Assembly: GCF_012562765.1 (NCBI RefSeq)
Contig: NZ_CP046226.1
Span: 60,001 to 92,000, forward strand
DNA length: 32,000 nucleotides
Direction of reading: 5' to 3'
Origin: Candidatus Saccharimonadota bacterium
GTDB lineage: Bacteria; Pseudomonadota; Gammaproteobacteria; Enterobacterales; Enterobacteriaceae
Below are positions 20,996-29,618 of the stretch, one piece after another. Position 1 is the stretch's first letter. The number at the start of each line of letters is the position of its first letter. Under the pieces are notes generated by a model. The model saw only the letters and a list, made by a program, of their open reading frames with translations, made no database searches and was not told the origin of the DNA. The position numbers and the translations under genes were made by a program.

Positions 20996-21192
20996 CAATT
21001 ATTACCTTTAAATAAAAATAGACACTGAAGTGTGTCAATTAAAGTACAACAATTAATAATTCATTTGTCTAGTTAAACAGATCAAAAAAGTGAGAAATGT
21101 CGAATTTTTTAAATTTTATTTAAAATAATATTTTTCATATTTAATTTTTTTAAATTCAATATATAATTTTTTTAAAAAGGTATAATTTTTTT

Positions 21193-21981
21193 ATGAAATT
21201 ATTATTAGGAAAAAAAATATTAATTACAGGAATAATAAGTAAATTATCTATTGCATATGGAATAGCTAAAGCTATGTACAATAATAAAGCAGAATTAATT
21301 TTTACATATCATAAAGAAAAAAATAAAAAAAGAGTAGAAAAATTAGTAAAAAATATGACAAATTACCCAATAATAAAATGTAATGTTTCTAAAGATAATA
21401 ATATAAAATCTTTATTTATTAAATTATCTCAATTTTGGAGTAAATTTCATGGATTTATACATTCTATTGCTTTTGTTCCTAAAAATCAATTAAAAGGTAG
21501 TTTTATTGATAATACCTCAAGAAAAGGATTTCAAATAGCTCATGATATTAGTTCATATAGTTTAACAGCAATGGTTAAAGAATGTCGTAATATGTTATAT
21601 CCTCAATCTGCAATAGTTTCTTTATCATATTTAGGTTCTAATAGAGTTGTTCCAAATTATAATGTTATGGGATTAGCGAAAGCATCATTAGAAGCTAATA
21701 TTCGTTATATAGCATATGATATTGGTAAACAAAATATTAGGATTAATGGAATATCTTCTTCTCCAATAAAAACTTTATCTTCATCAGGAATTAATAATTT
21801 AAATAATATAATTAAATATTATAATAATATGACACCATTATCATATACAATTACAATTAATGATATTGGTAATGTTGCAGTATTTTTATGTTCTGATTTA
21901 TCATGTGGAATTACAGGAGAGATAATTCATGTAGATGGAGGATTCAATCTTATTACTATGAATGAAAATTTAAAATTTTAA
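21193..21981 (+). CDS. fabI: Enoyl-[acyl-carrier-protein] reductase (NADH)
   Basis: 262-aa ORF, the same length as E. coli FabI, with the catalytic block YNVMGLAKASLEANIRY and the C-terminal GEIIHVDGGF. Confidence 0.95.
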   Translation: MKLLLGKKILITGIISKLSIAYGIAKAMYNNKAELIFTYHKEKNKKRVEKLVKNMTNYPIIKCNVSKDNNIKSLFIKLSQFWSKFHGFIHSIAFVPKNQLKGSFIDNTSRKGFQIAHDISSYSLTAMVKECRNMLYPQSAIVSLSYLGSNRVVPNYNVMGLAKASLEANIRYIAYDIGKQNIRINGISSSPIKTLSSSGINNLNNIIKYYNNMTPLSYTITINDIGNVAVFLCSDLSCGITGEIIHVDGGFNLITMNENLKF

Positions 21982-22127
21982 TTTGATTAATTTATAAAAA
22001 AATATAAATTAATGATAATATCATTATATAAATGATAATTTTTATGTTTTAGGAATCTTTTTCGTTTTATTAAAAATAAGTATTTTAAAATATAGAACAT
22101 AAATTATATAAAAATAAGGAATAAATA

Positions 22128-23675
22128 ATGTTAATTGGAATACCTAAAGAAAAATTATTTAAAGAAAAAAGAGTAGCTATTACTCCTACATCAGTAAAAA
22201 AATTAATAAAATTAGGTTTTAAAATATTTATTGAAAATAATGCTGGAGAACATGCTTATTTTCAAAATCAAGATTTTATTAATGTAGGAGCTCAAGTTGT
22301 TAATAACAATAAAATCTGGACTGCTAATATAATAATTAAAATTAATCCTCCTGATATTGAAGAAGTAAAATTAATTAAAAAAAATAGTATATTAATTAGT
22401 TTTATTTGGCCTTCAAAAAATAAAACTTTATTAAAAGAATTAGCAATTAAAAATATTACAGCTATATCAATGGATTCTGTACCTAGAATTTCTAGAGCAC
22501 AATCTATAGATGCTTTAAGTTCTATGAGTAATTTAGCTGGATATAGAAGTGTTATAGAATCAACTTATTTATTTGGTAGATCACTTAATGGACAAATTAC
22601 AGCTGCAGGAAAAATTTCACCAGCTAAAATAATTGTAATAGGTGTTGGAGTTGCAGGTTTATCTGCTATTGCAACTGCAAGAAGTTTAGGAGCAATTGTT
22701 AAAGCATTTGATACTAGAGAAGAAGTTAAAGAACAAATTAATAGTATGGGTGCTACATTTTTACAATTTAAAAAAGAAAATAAAGATTTAAATAATAATA
22801 TACCTTCTTATTTAAATCAAATAGATTCAGAAATTAAACTTTTATCTAATTATATTAAAGAAACAGATATTATTATTACTACAGCATTAATACCTGATCA
22901 AAAAGCTCCTATTTTAATTAATAATGAAATGATAAATAATATGAAACCTGGAAGTATTATTTTTGATTTAGCAGTTGAAAATGGTGGTAATTGTATATTA
23001 ACTCAAAAAGATAAAATTATTATAACTAAAAATAATATTAAAATAGTAGGTTTTACTAATTTACCTAGTAAAATGGCTACACAAGCTTCTCAATTGTACA
23101 GTAATAATGTTATGAATTTAATTCAATTACTATTTTCTAAAAAAGATAAAAAAATAGATATTGATTTTAAAGATGAAATCATACGTAATATGACTGTTAC
23201 TTATGATAAAAAAATTATTTGGCCAGCACCATTAATTAAAGAAAAAATTTTTGAACAAAATTTAGAAAAATCATATAGTTTAAAATTAAAACAAAAAAAT
23301 ATAAATAACAAACAAAATAAATCTTATTTAAAATATATTAAAAAATATTTTTGTTTATTTTTAAGTTTATCTTTTATTTATATTTTAAAATTTCTTCCTA
23401 AAGAAACTATACCTCATTTTATAATATTTTTATTATCTTGTATAATAGGTTATTATGTTATATGGAATGTTAGTCATAAATTACATACTCCTTTAATGTC
23501 AGTAACTAATGCAATTTCAGGTATTATTATTATTGGTGTTATATTTCAAATTAATAATAATAATAATATATTAATAACTATATTATCATTTTTAGGAATA
23601 TTATTATCTAGTATAAATATTTTTGGTGGATTAACTATAACTCAACGTATGTTAAAAATGTTTAATAAAAATTAA
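22128..23675 (+). CDS. pntA: NAD(P) transhydrogenase subunit alpha
   Basis: 515-aa ORF with N-terminal dI domains (MLIGIPKE..., NAD-binding GVGVAGL) and C-terminal TM helices. pntB follows 13 bp downstream. Confidence 0.93.
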   Translation: MLIGIPKEKLFKEKRVAITPTSVKKLIKLGFKIFIENNAGEHAYFQNQDFINVGAQVVNNNKIWTANIIIKINPPDIEEVKLIKKNSILISFIWPSKNKTLLKELAIKNITAISMDSVPRISRAQSIDALSSMSNLAGYRSVIESTYLFGRSLNGQITAAGKISPAKIIVIGVGVAGLSAIATARSLGAIVKAFDTREEVKEQINSMGATFLQFKKENKDLNNNIPSYLNQIDSEIKLLSNYIKETDIIITTALIPDQKAPILINNEMINNMKPGSIIFDLAVENGGNCILTQKDKIIITKNNIKIVGFTNLPSKMATQASQLYSNNVMNLIQLLFSKKDKKIDIDFKDEIIRNMTVTYDKKIIWPAPLIKEKIFEQNLEKSYSLKLKQKNINNKQNKSYLKYIKKYFCLFLSLSFIYILKFLPKETIPHFIIFLLSCIIGYYVIWNVSHKLHTPLMSVTNAISGIIIIGVIFQINNNNNILITILSFLGILLSSINIFGGLTITQRMLKMFNKN

Positions 23676-23688
23676 GAGGTATTAATAG

Positions 23689-25080
23689 ATGTTTGATGGA
23701 CTAGCAATAGTTACATATACTATATCTTCAATATTATTTATATTTAGTCTTGCAAGTCTTTCTCAAAAAGAAACCTCTAAAAGAGGTAATTTATTTGCTA
23801 TTATAGGAATGATAATTGCAATTATAGCTGCTATATTACAATCTAAATTTTATAATATTGGTTATATATTAATAGCTATTATTTTAGGAGGTATTATTGG
23901 TACAAATATATCTAAAAAAATAGATATGACTAAAATGCCTCAATTAATTGCTATATTACATAGTTTTGTAGGATTAACTGCAATTTTCGTAGGAATAAAT
24001 AGTTATTTATCAATATATTATAATGTAAATAAAATACATGATTCAATAAGGTTGATAGAAATATTTATTAGTATTTTTATAGGTTCTATAACTTTTATAG
24101 GTTCAATTATTGCATTTGGTAAATTATCAGGAATTATTACATCAAAAGCTTATAATTTTAAATTTAAAAAATTAATTAATATTCTTACATTTATTATTTC
24201 TGCTTTTTTAATGATAATATTTTTAAAAACAAAATATATTATTTTACAAATTTTATCATTAATATTTATGATACATATTTCATTAATTTTTGGTTTATAT
24301 TTAATAATTAGTATAGGTGGTGCTGATATGCCTATAGTAATTTCAATGTTAAATTCATATTCAGGTTGGGCTGCCTCAGCTTCTGGATTTATGTTAAATA
24401 ATGATCTCTTAATTATTACTGGAGCATTAGTTGGTTCTTCTGGAGCAATATTATCATATTTAATGTGTAAAGGTATGAATAGATCATTCATTAATGTAAT
24501 ATTTGGAGGATTACAAAATAAAAAAAGTAATAATATTATTGAAAATGATATTGAACAACAATATAGAAAAATTTCTATAAATGACACAGTAGAACTTTTG
24601 AAAGATTCTAGTAGCATTATTATTATTCCTGGATATGGAATGGCTGTAGCACAAGCTCAATATCCTATTTCAGAAATAGTAAAAAAATTAACTTTATATA
24701 ATATTAAAGTAAGATTTGCTATTCATCCGGTAGCTGGAAGATTACCAGGACATATGAATGTTTTATTAGCAGAAGCAAATATACCTTATGAAATAATATT
24801 AGAAATGGATGAAATTAATAAAGATTTTTCTAATACTGATACTGTATTAATTATAGGAGCTAATGATACAGTTAATCCATCAGCTCAGGATGATAAAAAT
24901 AGTCCAATTTCAGGTATGCCTGTATTAGAAGCTTGGAAAGCAAAAAATATTATTATTTTTAAAAGAAGTATGAATTATGGATATTCTGGTATTACTAATC
25001 CTCTATTTTATAAAGATAATAGTTATATGTTATTTGGAGATGCAAAAGAAACAATTAATAAAATTCTTAAAATACTTTAA
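23689..25080 (+). CDS. pntB: NAD(P) transhydrogenase subunit beta
   Basis: 463-aa ORF with a polytopic N-terminal half and the conserved dIII NADP(H) domain (PGYGMAVAQAQ, HPVAGRLPGHMNVLLAEA, GANDTVNP). Confidence 0.95.
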   Translation: MFDGLAIVTYTISSILFIFSLASLSQKETSKRGNLFAIIGMIIAIIAAILQSKFYNIGYILIAIILGGIIGTNISKKIDMTKMPQLIAILHSFVGLTAIFVGINSYLSIYYNVNKIHDSIRLIEIFISIFIGSITFIGSIIAFGKLSGIITSKAYNFKFKKLINILTFIISAFLMIIFLKTKYIILQILSLIFMIHISLIFGLYLIISIGGADMPIVISMLNSYSGWAASASGFMLNNDLLIITGALVGSSGAILSYLMCKGMNRSFINVIFGGLQNKKSNNIIENDIEQQYRKISINDTVELLKDSSSIIIIPGYGMAVAQAQYPISEIVKKLTLYNIKVRFAIHPVAGRLPGHMNVLLAEANIPYEIILEMDEINKDFSNTDTVLIIGANDTVNPSAQDDKNSPISGMPVLEAWKAKNIIIFKRSMNYGYSGITNPLFYKDNSYMLFGDAKETINKILKIL

Positions 25081-25131
25081 TAATATAATAATTATTATTG
25101 ATTCTAGATCATCATTAAATAAATTACTAGA

Positions 25132-25182
25132 ATTAACTAATAATTTAAATAAATTAAATTATTAGTTAATAATATATTTTTT
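25132..25182. terminator. Candidate terminator hairpin in the convergent pntB/rne spacer
   Basis: A 17-bp perfect stem (25132..25148 pairs with 25154..25170) with loop ATAAA. Only one pair is G:C (C25137-G25165). A T6 run lies at 25177..25182 on the + strand. A stem that is almost entirely A/T makes both stability and non-randomness uncertain. Confidence 0.3.
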
Positions 25183-25238
25183 ATTAAGTAAAAATAATAT
25201 TTATTTATATGAAATATTTCTATTTTATAAAAAAAAGA

Positions 25239-27848
25239 TTATGGTTTTTGTGCTGGAGCAGTAGCATATCTATTAGCAGCGTGTCCTCCTGCTCCTCTAT
25301 TTTTATTTTCTATATTAAATAGTGAATATATTAATTTACGATTTTTATAATAATATAATAATGTATGTTTATTATTTTTATTTAATTGTTTTTTTTTAAA
25401 TAAAAAAAATTTATTTGGTATTTTTTTTTCAATTATATTATTTTTTTTTATAATTTTATCTTTTTTATTTGTAATAATTTTTGTTAATAATATATTATTA
25501 AAAAATATATTATCTTTTATATAAAGATTTATTTTAGATAAAATTTTTTCATTATAATTTATAATATATTTATTATTTTTTTTATAAAAAATTTGAGAAA
25601 AAAATATAGGTGAATTAAATACAAAATTTTGTTGAGTATTTAAGTTATGTATAATATTTTTATTTAATTTTTTATGTTTTAAATTATTTATTTTTAAGTT
25701 TAATTGATTATATGTTTGTACTGTTTTTATAAAAAATAAATTAGGTCTTTTATTAAAAATAATTAAATTTTGATAATAAACATTATCATAATAAAAATTA
25801 TTATATTTTTTATATATTAAATAATTTTTATTAATATTTCTAAAGGGATATAATTTTTTTTTTAAATTAAGAATTTTAAATTGATTTTTTTGACTTTTCA
25901 ATAAATTATTTATTTTTAATATTAATTGATTTTTTATTTTAATTGTTTTATGTTTAGAAAACGTAGAAAAATTTTTTATTTTAGTTTTTATTTGAGATAT
26001 TTTAATATTAAAAATTAATTTAATTTTTTTAACATAATTAATATATCTATCATATTTTTTTTTAAAAAAAATAATTATTTTTTTATTTTTATTTAAAAAA
26101 AAATTTTTAATAATATTAATATTCTTTTTATTAAAATTATTAAACATAATATTATTAATTTTAAAAAAAAAATTAATTATTTTATTTTTTTTAACACTTT
26201 TATTTTGATTATTAATAAAAAATTTTTTATTTATAATAAAATTTTTCTTTTTTATTAAATTTTTTTTTAACAATTGATAAGAATAATTATCATTTTTTTT
26301 ATGATAAAATGCATAATTTAAATTATATATTTTTGTTATAGAATTATTAATATTTTTTTTATCTTCTCCATGTCTAATACGTAAAATAGAATAATTAGGA
26401 GTTTCTATTTGGTCATTTGGAATTATAAAAGTTCGTATACCATTTTTTCTATTTTCAATAGCATTAACAGATTTTCTTTTTTCATTTAATAAATATGATG
26501 CTATTTTTACTGGTACTATTGCATATACTTCTTTAGTATTTTCTTTAAATGATTCTTCTTCAATTAATCTTAAAATTGATAAAGATAATGATTTATAGTC
26601 TCTTATTGTTCCATTTCCTATACATCTAGGACACATATAATGACTTGATTCTCTTAGAGATGAACTAATTCTTTGACGAGACATTTCTAATAATCCAAAT
26701 TTTGATATTTGATTCATTTGTATTTTTGCTCTATCTTGACGTAATTTATCTCTTAAACGTTGTTCAACAGCTCTTTGATTTTCTAAAGAAGACATATCAA
26801 TAAAATCAATAACAATTAAACCACCTATATCACGTAATCTTAATTGTCTTGCAATTTCATCAGTAGCTTCTAAGTTAATATTAAAAGCTGTTTCTTCTAT
26901 ATCTATTCCTTTAGTTGCTTTAGCTGAATTAACATCAACTGATGTAAGTGCTTCAGTTGTATCAATAACTATTGATCCTCCAGATATTAAATTTACTTTT
27001 CTTTGAAATGCAGTTTCTATTTGTGATTCTATTTGATAATGACTAAATAATGGAATATTTCCAGAATATAATTTAATTTTTTTATTAAAATCAGATCTTC
27101 CTAATAAGCTAATATATTCTTTAGCTAATTTTAATATTTTAGGATTATCAATAAGTATTTCATTAATATCTGTATAAAGATAATCTCTAAAAGCCCTCAT
27201 AATTATATTACTTTCTTGATGTATTAAAAAAGGAGCTGGTTTACTATTAGCTATTTGATTAATTAATTTCCAATGTTTTAATCTAAATTGTAAATCATAT
27301 TCTAATTCTTTATTTTTTTTTCCTAAACCTGCAGTACGAATTATTAATCCCATTCCTTTAGGTAATTTTAAAGATAGTAAAACTTCTTTTAATTCATTTC
27401 TTTTTTCACCTTCAATTCTTTTTGAAATTCCTCCTACTTTAGGACTATTAGGCATTAAGACTAAATATGTACCTGCTAAACTTATGAAAGTAGTTAATGA
27501 AGCTCCTTTATTACCTCTTTCTTCTTTATTAATTTGTACAATTAATTCTTTACCTTTATATAAATATTCTTTAATATTTTTTTTTTTTAAAATAATATTA
27601 TTCGAGTCATCAGTAATATTTTTATAATTAATTTCTTTAAAAGGTAAAAATCCATGTTTTTTAGTACCATAATCTACAAAAACAGCTTCTAAACTTTGTT
27701 CAATATGAATAATTTTACCTTTATATATATTAGATTTTTTTTTCTGATAAGTATCATTAGCGATATCTAAATCATATAATCTTTGTCCATCAACCATAGC
27801 TACACGTAATTCCTCATGTTGTGTAGCATTTATTAACATTCTTTTCAT
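25239..27848 (-). CDS. rne: Ribonuclease E
   Basis: 869-aa ORF. Residues 1 to about 496 are collinear with the E. coli RNase E catalytic half (MKRMLINATQ.EELRVA, S1 domain, DVNS, LRDIGGLIVIDFIDM, Zn-link CPRCIGNG, SILRLIEEE). The rest is a K/N/I low-complexity tail ending in NRGAGGHAANRYATAPAQKP. It is divergent from rluC, as in E. coli. Confidence 0.95.
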   Translation of the reverse strand: MKRMLINATQHEELRVAMVDGQRLYDLDIANDTYQKKKSNIYKGKIIHIEQSLEAVFVDYGTKKHGFLPFKEINYKNITDDSNNIILKKKNIKEYLYKGKELIVQINKEERGNKGASLTTFISLAGTYLVLMPNSPKVGGISKRIEGEKRNELKEVLLSLKLPKGMGLIIRTAGLGKKNKELEYDLQFRLKHWKLINQIANSKPAPFLIHQESNIIMRAFRDYLYTDINEILIDNPKILKLAKEYISLLGRSDFNKKIKLYSGNIPLFSHYQIESQIETAFQRKVNLISGGSIVIDTTEALTSVDVNSAKATKGIDIEETAFNINLEATDEIARQLRLRDIGGLIVIDFIDMSSLENQRAVEQRLRDKLRQDRAKIQMNQISKFGLLEMSRQRISSSLRESSHYMCPRCIGNGTIRDYKSLSLSILRLIEEESFKENTKEVYAIVPVKIASYLLNEKRKSVNAIENRKNGIRTFIIPNDQIETPNYSILRIRHGEDKKNINNSITKIYNLNYAFYHKKNDNYSYQLLKKNLIKKKNFIINKKFFINNQNKSVKKNKIINFFFKINNIMFNNFNKKNINIIKNFFLNKNKKIIIFFKKKYDRYINYVKKIKLIFNIKISQIKTKIKNFSTFSKHKTIKIKNQLILKINNLLKSQKNQFKILNLKKKLYPFRNINKNYLIYKKYNNFYYDNVYYQNLIIFNKRPNLFFIKTVQTYNQLNLKINNLKHKKLNKNIIHNLNTQQNFVFNSPIFFSQIFYKKNNKYIINYNEKILSKINLYIKDNIFFNNILLTKIITNKKDKIIKKNNIIEKKIPNKFFLFKKKQLNKNNKHTLLYYYKNRKLIYSLFNIENKNRGAGGHAANRYATAPAQKP

Positions 27849-28188
27849 TATAACTTACTCATTACTTTTATATCAGATTTATCATTTTATAAAAATTATT
27901 TAATTTGTAAAATTTAGTATATTATTTTTTAAAAAAAATAATATTAAAATATTTTTCTAAAAATTAATAATAAAATATATTAAATATTATCTTTATATGT
28001 TATTTTTAATAAAATGGATGTTTGTATATTTTATTTATTAATATAAAAATTAAAATAAACAATCACAATATTTTATTCTAACATAAAAGTATATTTTCAA
28101 ATAATTATTTTCATTAATAATGTATATTAAATTTAAATATTATTTAAAATATAAATAATTATATTTTATATATGGATTTTAATATTTT

Positions 28189-29136
28189 ATGTATAAAAAA
28201 ATAGATTATAAACTTATAATTATACCTAATTACATAGATTCACAAAGAATTGATAATTTTTTAATTACAAAATTTAAAAATATTCCTAAAAGTTTCATTT
28301 ATAGAATTTTACGACAAGGAAAAATAAGAGTTAATAAAAAAAAAGTAAATCCAAAATATAAAATAAAATCACAAGATATTTTAAATATACCTTTAATATA
28401 TATAAAAAACATAAAAAAAAAGAATACATTAATTAATGAAAAAAAAATATTTTTTTTTAAAAAAATGATTTTATTTGAAGATAAATATATTATTGCTATA
28501 AATAAACCATCTGGTATTGCTGTTCATGGAGGTAGTGGTATAAATTTTGGTATAATTGAAAACTTTCGAGTTTTATTTAAAAAAATTAAATTTTTAGAAT
28601 TAGTACATAGGTTAGATAAAGAAACTTCAGGTATATTACTAATAGCAAAAAAAAGATCTGTATTAAAAATATTACATAAACAATTACGTGAAAATAAAAT
28701 AATAAAAAATTATATAGCATTAGTGAAGGGAACTTATACGAAAAATAATCATGGACATATTAAAGGTTTTTTATTAAAAAAAAATAATAATAATAAGATA
28801 AAAGTAATAACACATAATACACTTGGTAAGTATTCAGAAACAAAATTTAAAGTTATAAAATACTATAATTCTATGATGTTATTAAATATAATGCCTTTAA
28901 CAGGACGTACTCATCAAATTAGAGTACATATGTCCCATATTGGTCATCCCATTGCTTATGATCAACGTTATGGAGATAAAGATTTTAATTTAAATTTAAA
29001 AAAAATAGGATTAAATAGATTATTTTTACATGCACAAAAAATAAAATTTATACATCCAATAACAAATAAAAAAATTAATATTTGTGCTCCTTTAGATTAT
29101 AAATTAAATAATTATTTATTAAAATTAAATTCATAA
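28189..29136 (+). CDS. rluC: 23S rRNA pseudouridine(955/2504/2580) synthase
   Basis: 315-aa ORF with an S4-like N-terminus (QRIDNFL...IYRILRQGKIRVNKK), the catalytic block LVHRLDKETSG and GRTHQIRVH. It has the same divergent position relative to rne as in E. coli. Confidence 0.9.
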   Translation: MYKKIDYKLIIIPNYIDSQRIDNFLITKFKNIPKSFIYRILRQGKIRVNKKKVNPKYKIKSQDILNIPLIYIKNIKKKNTLINEKKIFFFKKMILFEDKYIIAINKPSGIAVHGGSGINFGIIENFRVLFKKIKFLELVHRLDKETSGILLIAKKRSVLKILHKQLRENKIIKNYIALVKGTYTKNNHGHIKGFLLKKNNNNKIKVITHNTLGKYSETKFKVIKYYNSMMLLNIMPLTGRTHQIRVHMSHIGHPIAYDQRYGDKDFNLNLKKIGLNRLFLHAQKIKFIHPITNKKINICAPLDYKLNNYLLKLNS

Positions 29137-29157
29137 ATTAAGAATATTATTTTTTTA

Positions 29158-29186
29158 TTGAACATCTGAATTTTTAAATATATAAT
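29158..29186 (+). promoter_or_regulatory. Candidate sigma-70 promoter for rpmF (TTGAAC-17 nt-TATAAT)
   Basis: TTGAAC at 29158..29163, an exactly 17-nt spacer and TATAAT at 29181..29186, lying 74 nt upstream of the rpmF ATG. TATAAT-like hexamers are common by chance in DNA this A+T-rich, so this is tentative. Confidence 0.35.
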
Positions 29187-29259
29187 TTAATTTAAATAAA
29201 ATAATATTTCTATAATATAGAATAAAATTATTATTAAAAAATAAATAAAAGGATTAAAT

Positions 29260-29433
29260 ATGGCTGTACAAAAAAGTAAAAAATCTAGATCTAAAAGAGG
29301 TATGCGTCGATCTCATGATAAATTATCTGAAAATAAAATTTTATTAATTGATAAAAAAACGGGAAAAAAATATTTATATCATAATATGACATCTGATGGT
29401 TTTTATAAAGGAAAAAAAATTATAAATAAATAA
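29260..29433 (+). CDS. rpmF: 50S ribosomal protein L32
   Basis: Not in the supplied ORF track (57 aa). My hand translation is [57 protein letters not shown]. It is collinear with E. coli L32 ([22 protein letters not shown]...ADGYYRGRKVIAK) and the same length. A GGA Shine-Dalgarno-like element sits at 29251..29253. Confidence 0.9.
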   Translation: MAVQKSKKSRSKRGMRRSHDKLSENKILLIDKKTGKKYLYHNMTSDGFYKGKKIINK

Positions 29434-29618
29434 TTTTTATTTTTAATTATTTAAAAATTTATCTTAAATAATTATCTAAATTATTTATTTAAATTAAATT
29501 TATTTTTTATATGTTTTTTATAAAAGATAAATTTAATTATATTTATAATATAAATAAATTAAATAATTTAAATATTTAAAAATTTTTTATGTTTTAATAT
29601 AGGAATATTAATTTGAAT

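Noticed and set aside
20996-20998. Extra N-terminal M on cspE in the ORF track
   Set aside because: The codon is TTG immediately before the ATG. The 69-aa form starting at ATG 20995 matches the E. coli CspE length and N-terminus exactly.
21986-22013. 11-bp A/T-only hairpin (ATTAATTTATA-aaaaaa-TATAAATTAAT) right after the fabI stop as a terminator
   Set aside because: It has no G:C pairs and no adjacent T-run, so it would be thermodynamically weak and is easily produced by chance in 80% A+T DNA. It is not strong enough to annotate.
22010-22039. Fur-box-like palindrome TAATGATAATATCATTA (22010..22026) plus a second AATGATAAT (22031..22039) upstream of pntA
   Set aside because: It resembles the Fur consensus core AATGAT-A-ATCATT, but the half-sites are separated by 3 nt instead of 1. 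pntAB is not a known Fur target, the presence of fur is unknown, and A/T-only palindromes are expected by chance at this composition.
24150-24617. 155-aa - strand ORF inside pntB
   Set aside because: It is antisense to the well-conserved pntB and has no motif content. It is the longest shadow ORF in the window, but it is fully explained by the codon bias of the sense gene.
24977-25165. 62-aa + strand ORF spanning the pntB 3' end and the pntB/rne spacer
   Set aside because: It is out of frame with pntB, runs through the spacer hairpin, and gives a low-complexity translation with no ribosome-binding site.
25302-26360. Highly repetitive A/T-rich nucleotide texture (many A9-A10/T9-T10 runs and recurring AAAAAT/TTTTTA words) considered as a satellite, CRISPR-like array or non-coding region
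   Set aside because: There is no regular repeat-spacer periodicity. The interval is a single uninterrupted reading frame continuous with the rne catalytic domain and ends in a conserved motif, so it is coding low complexity.
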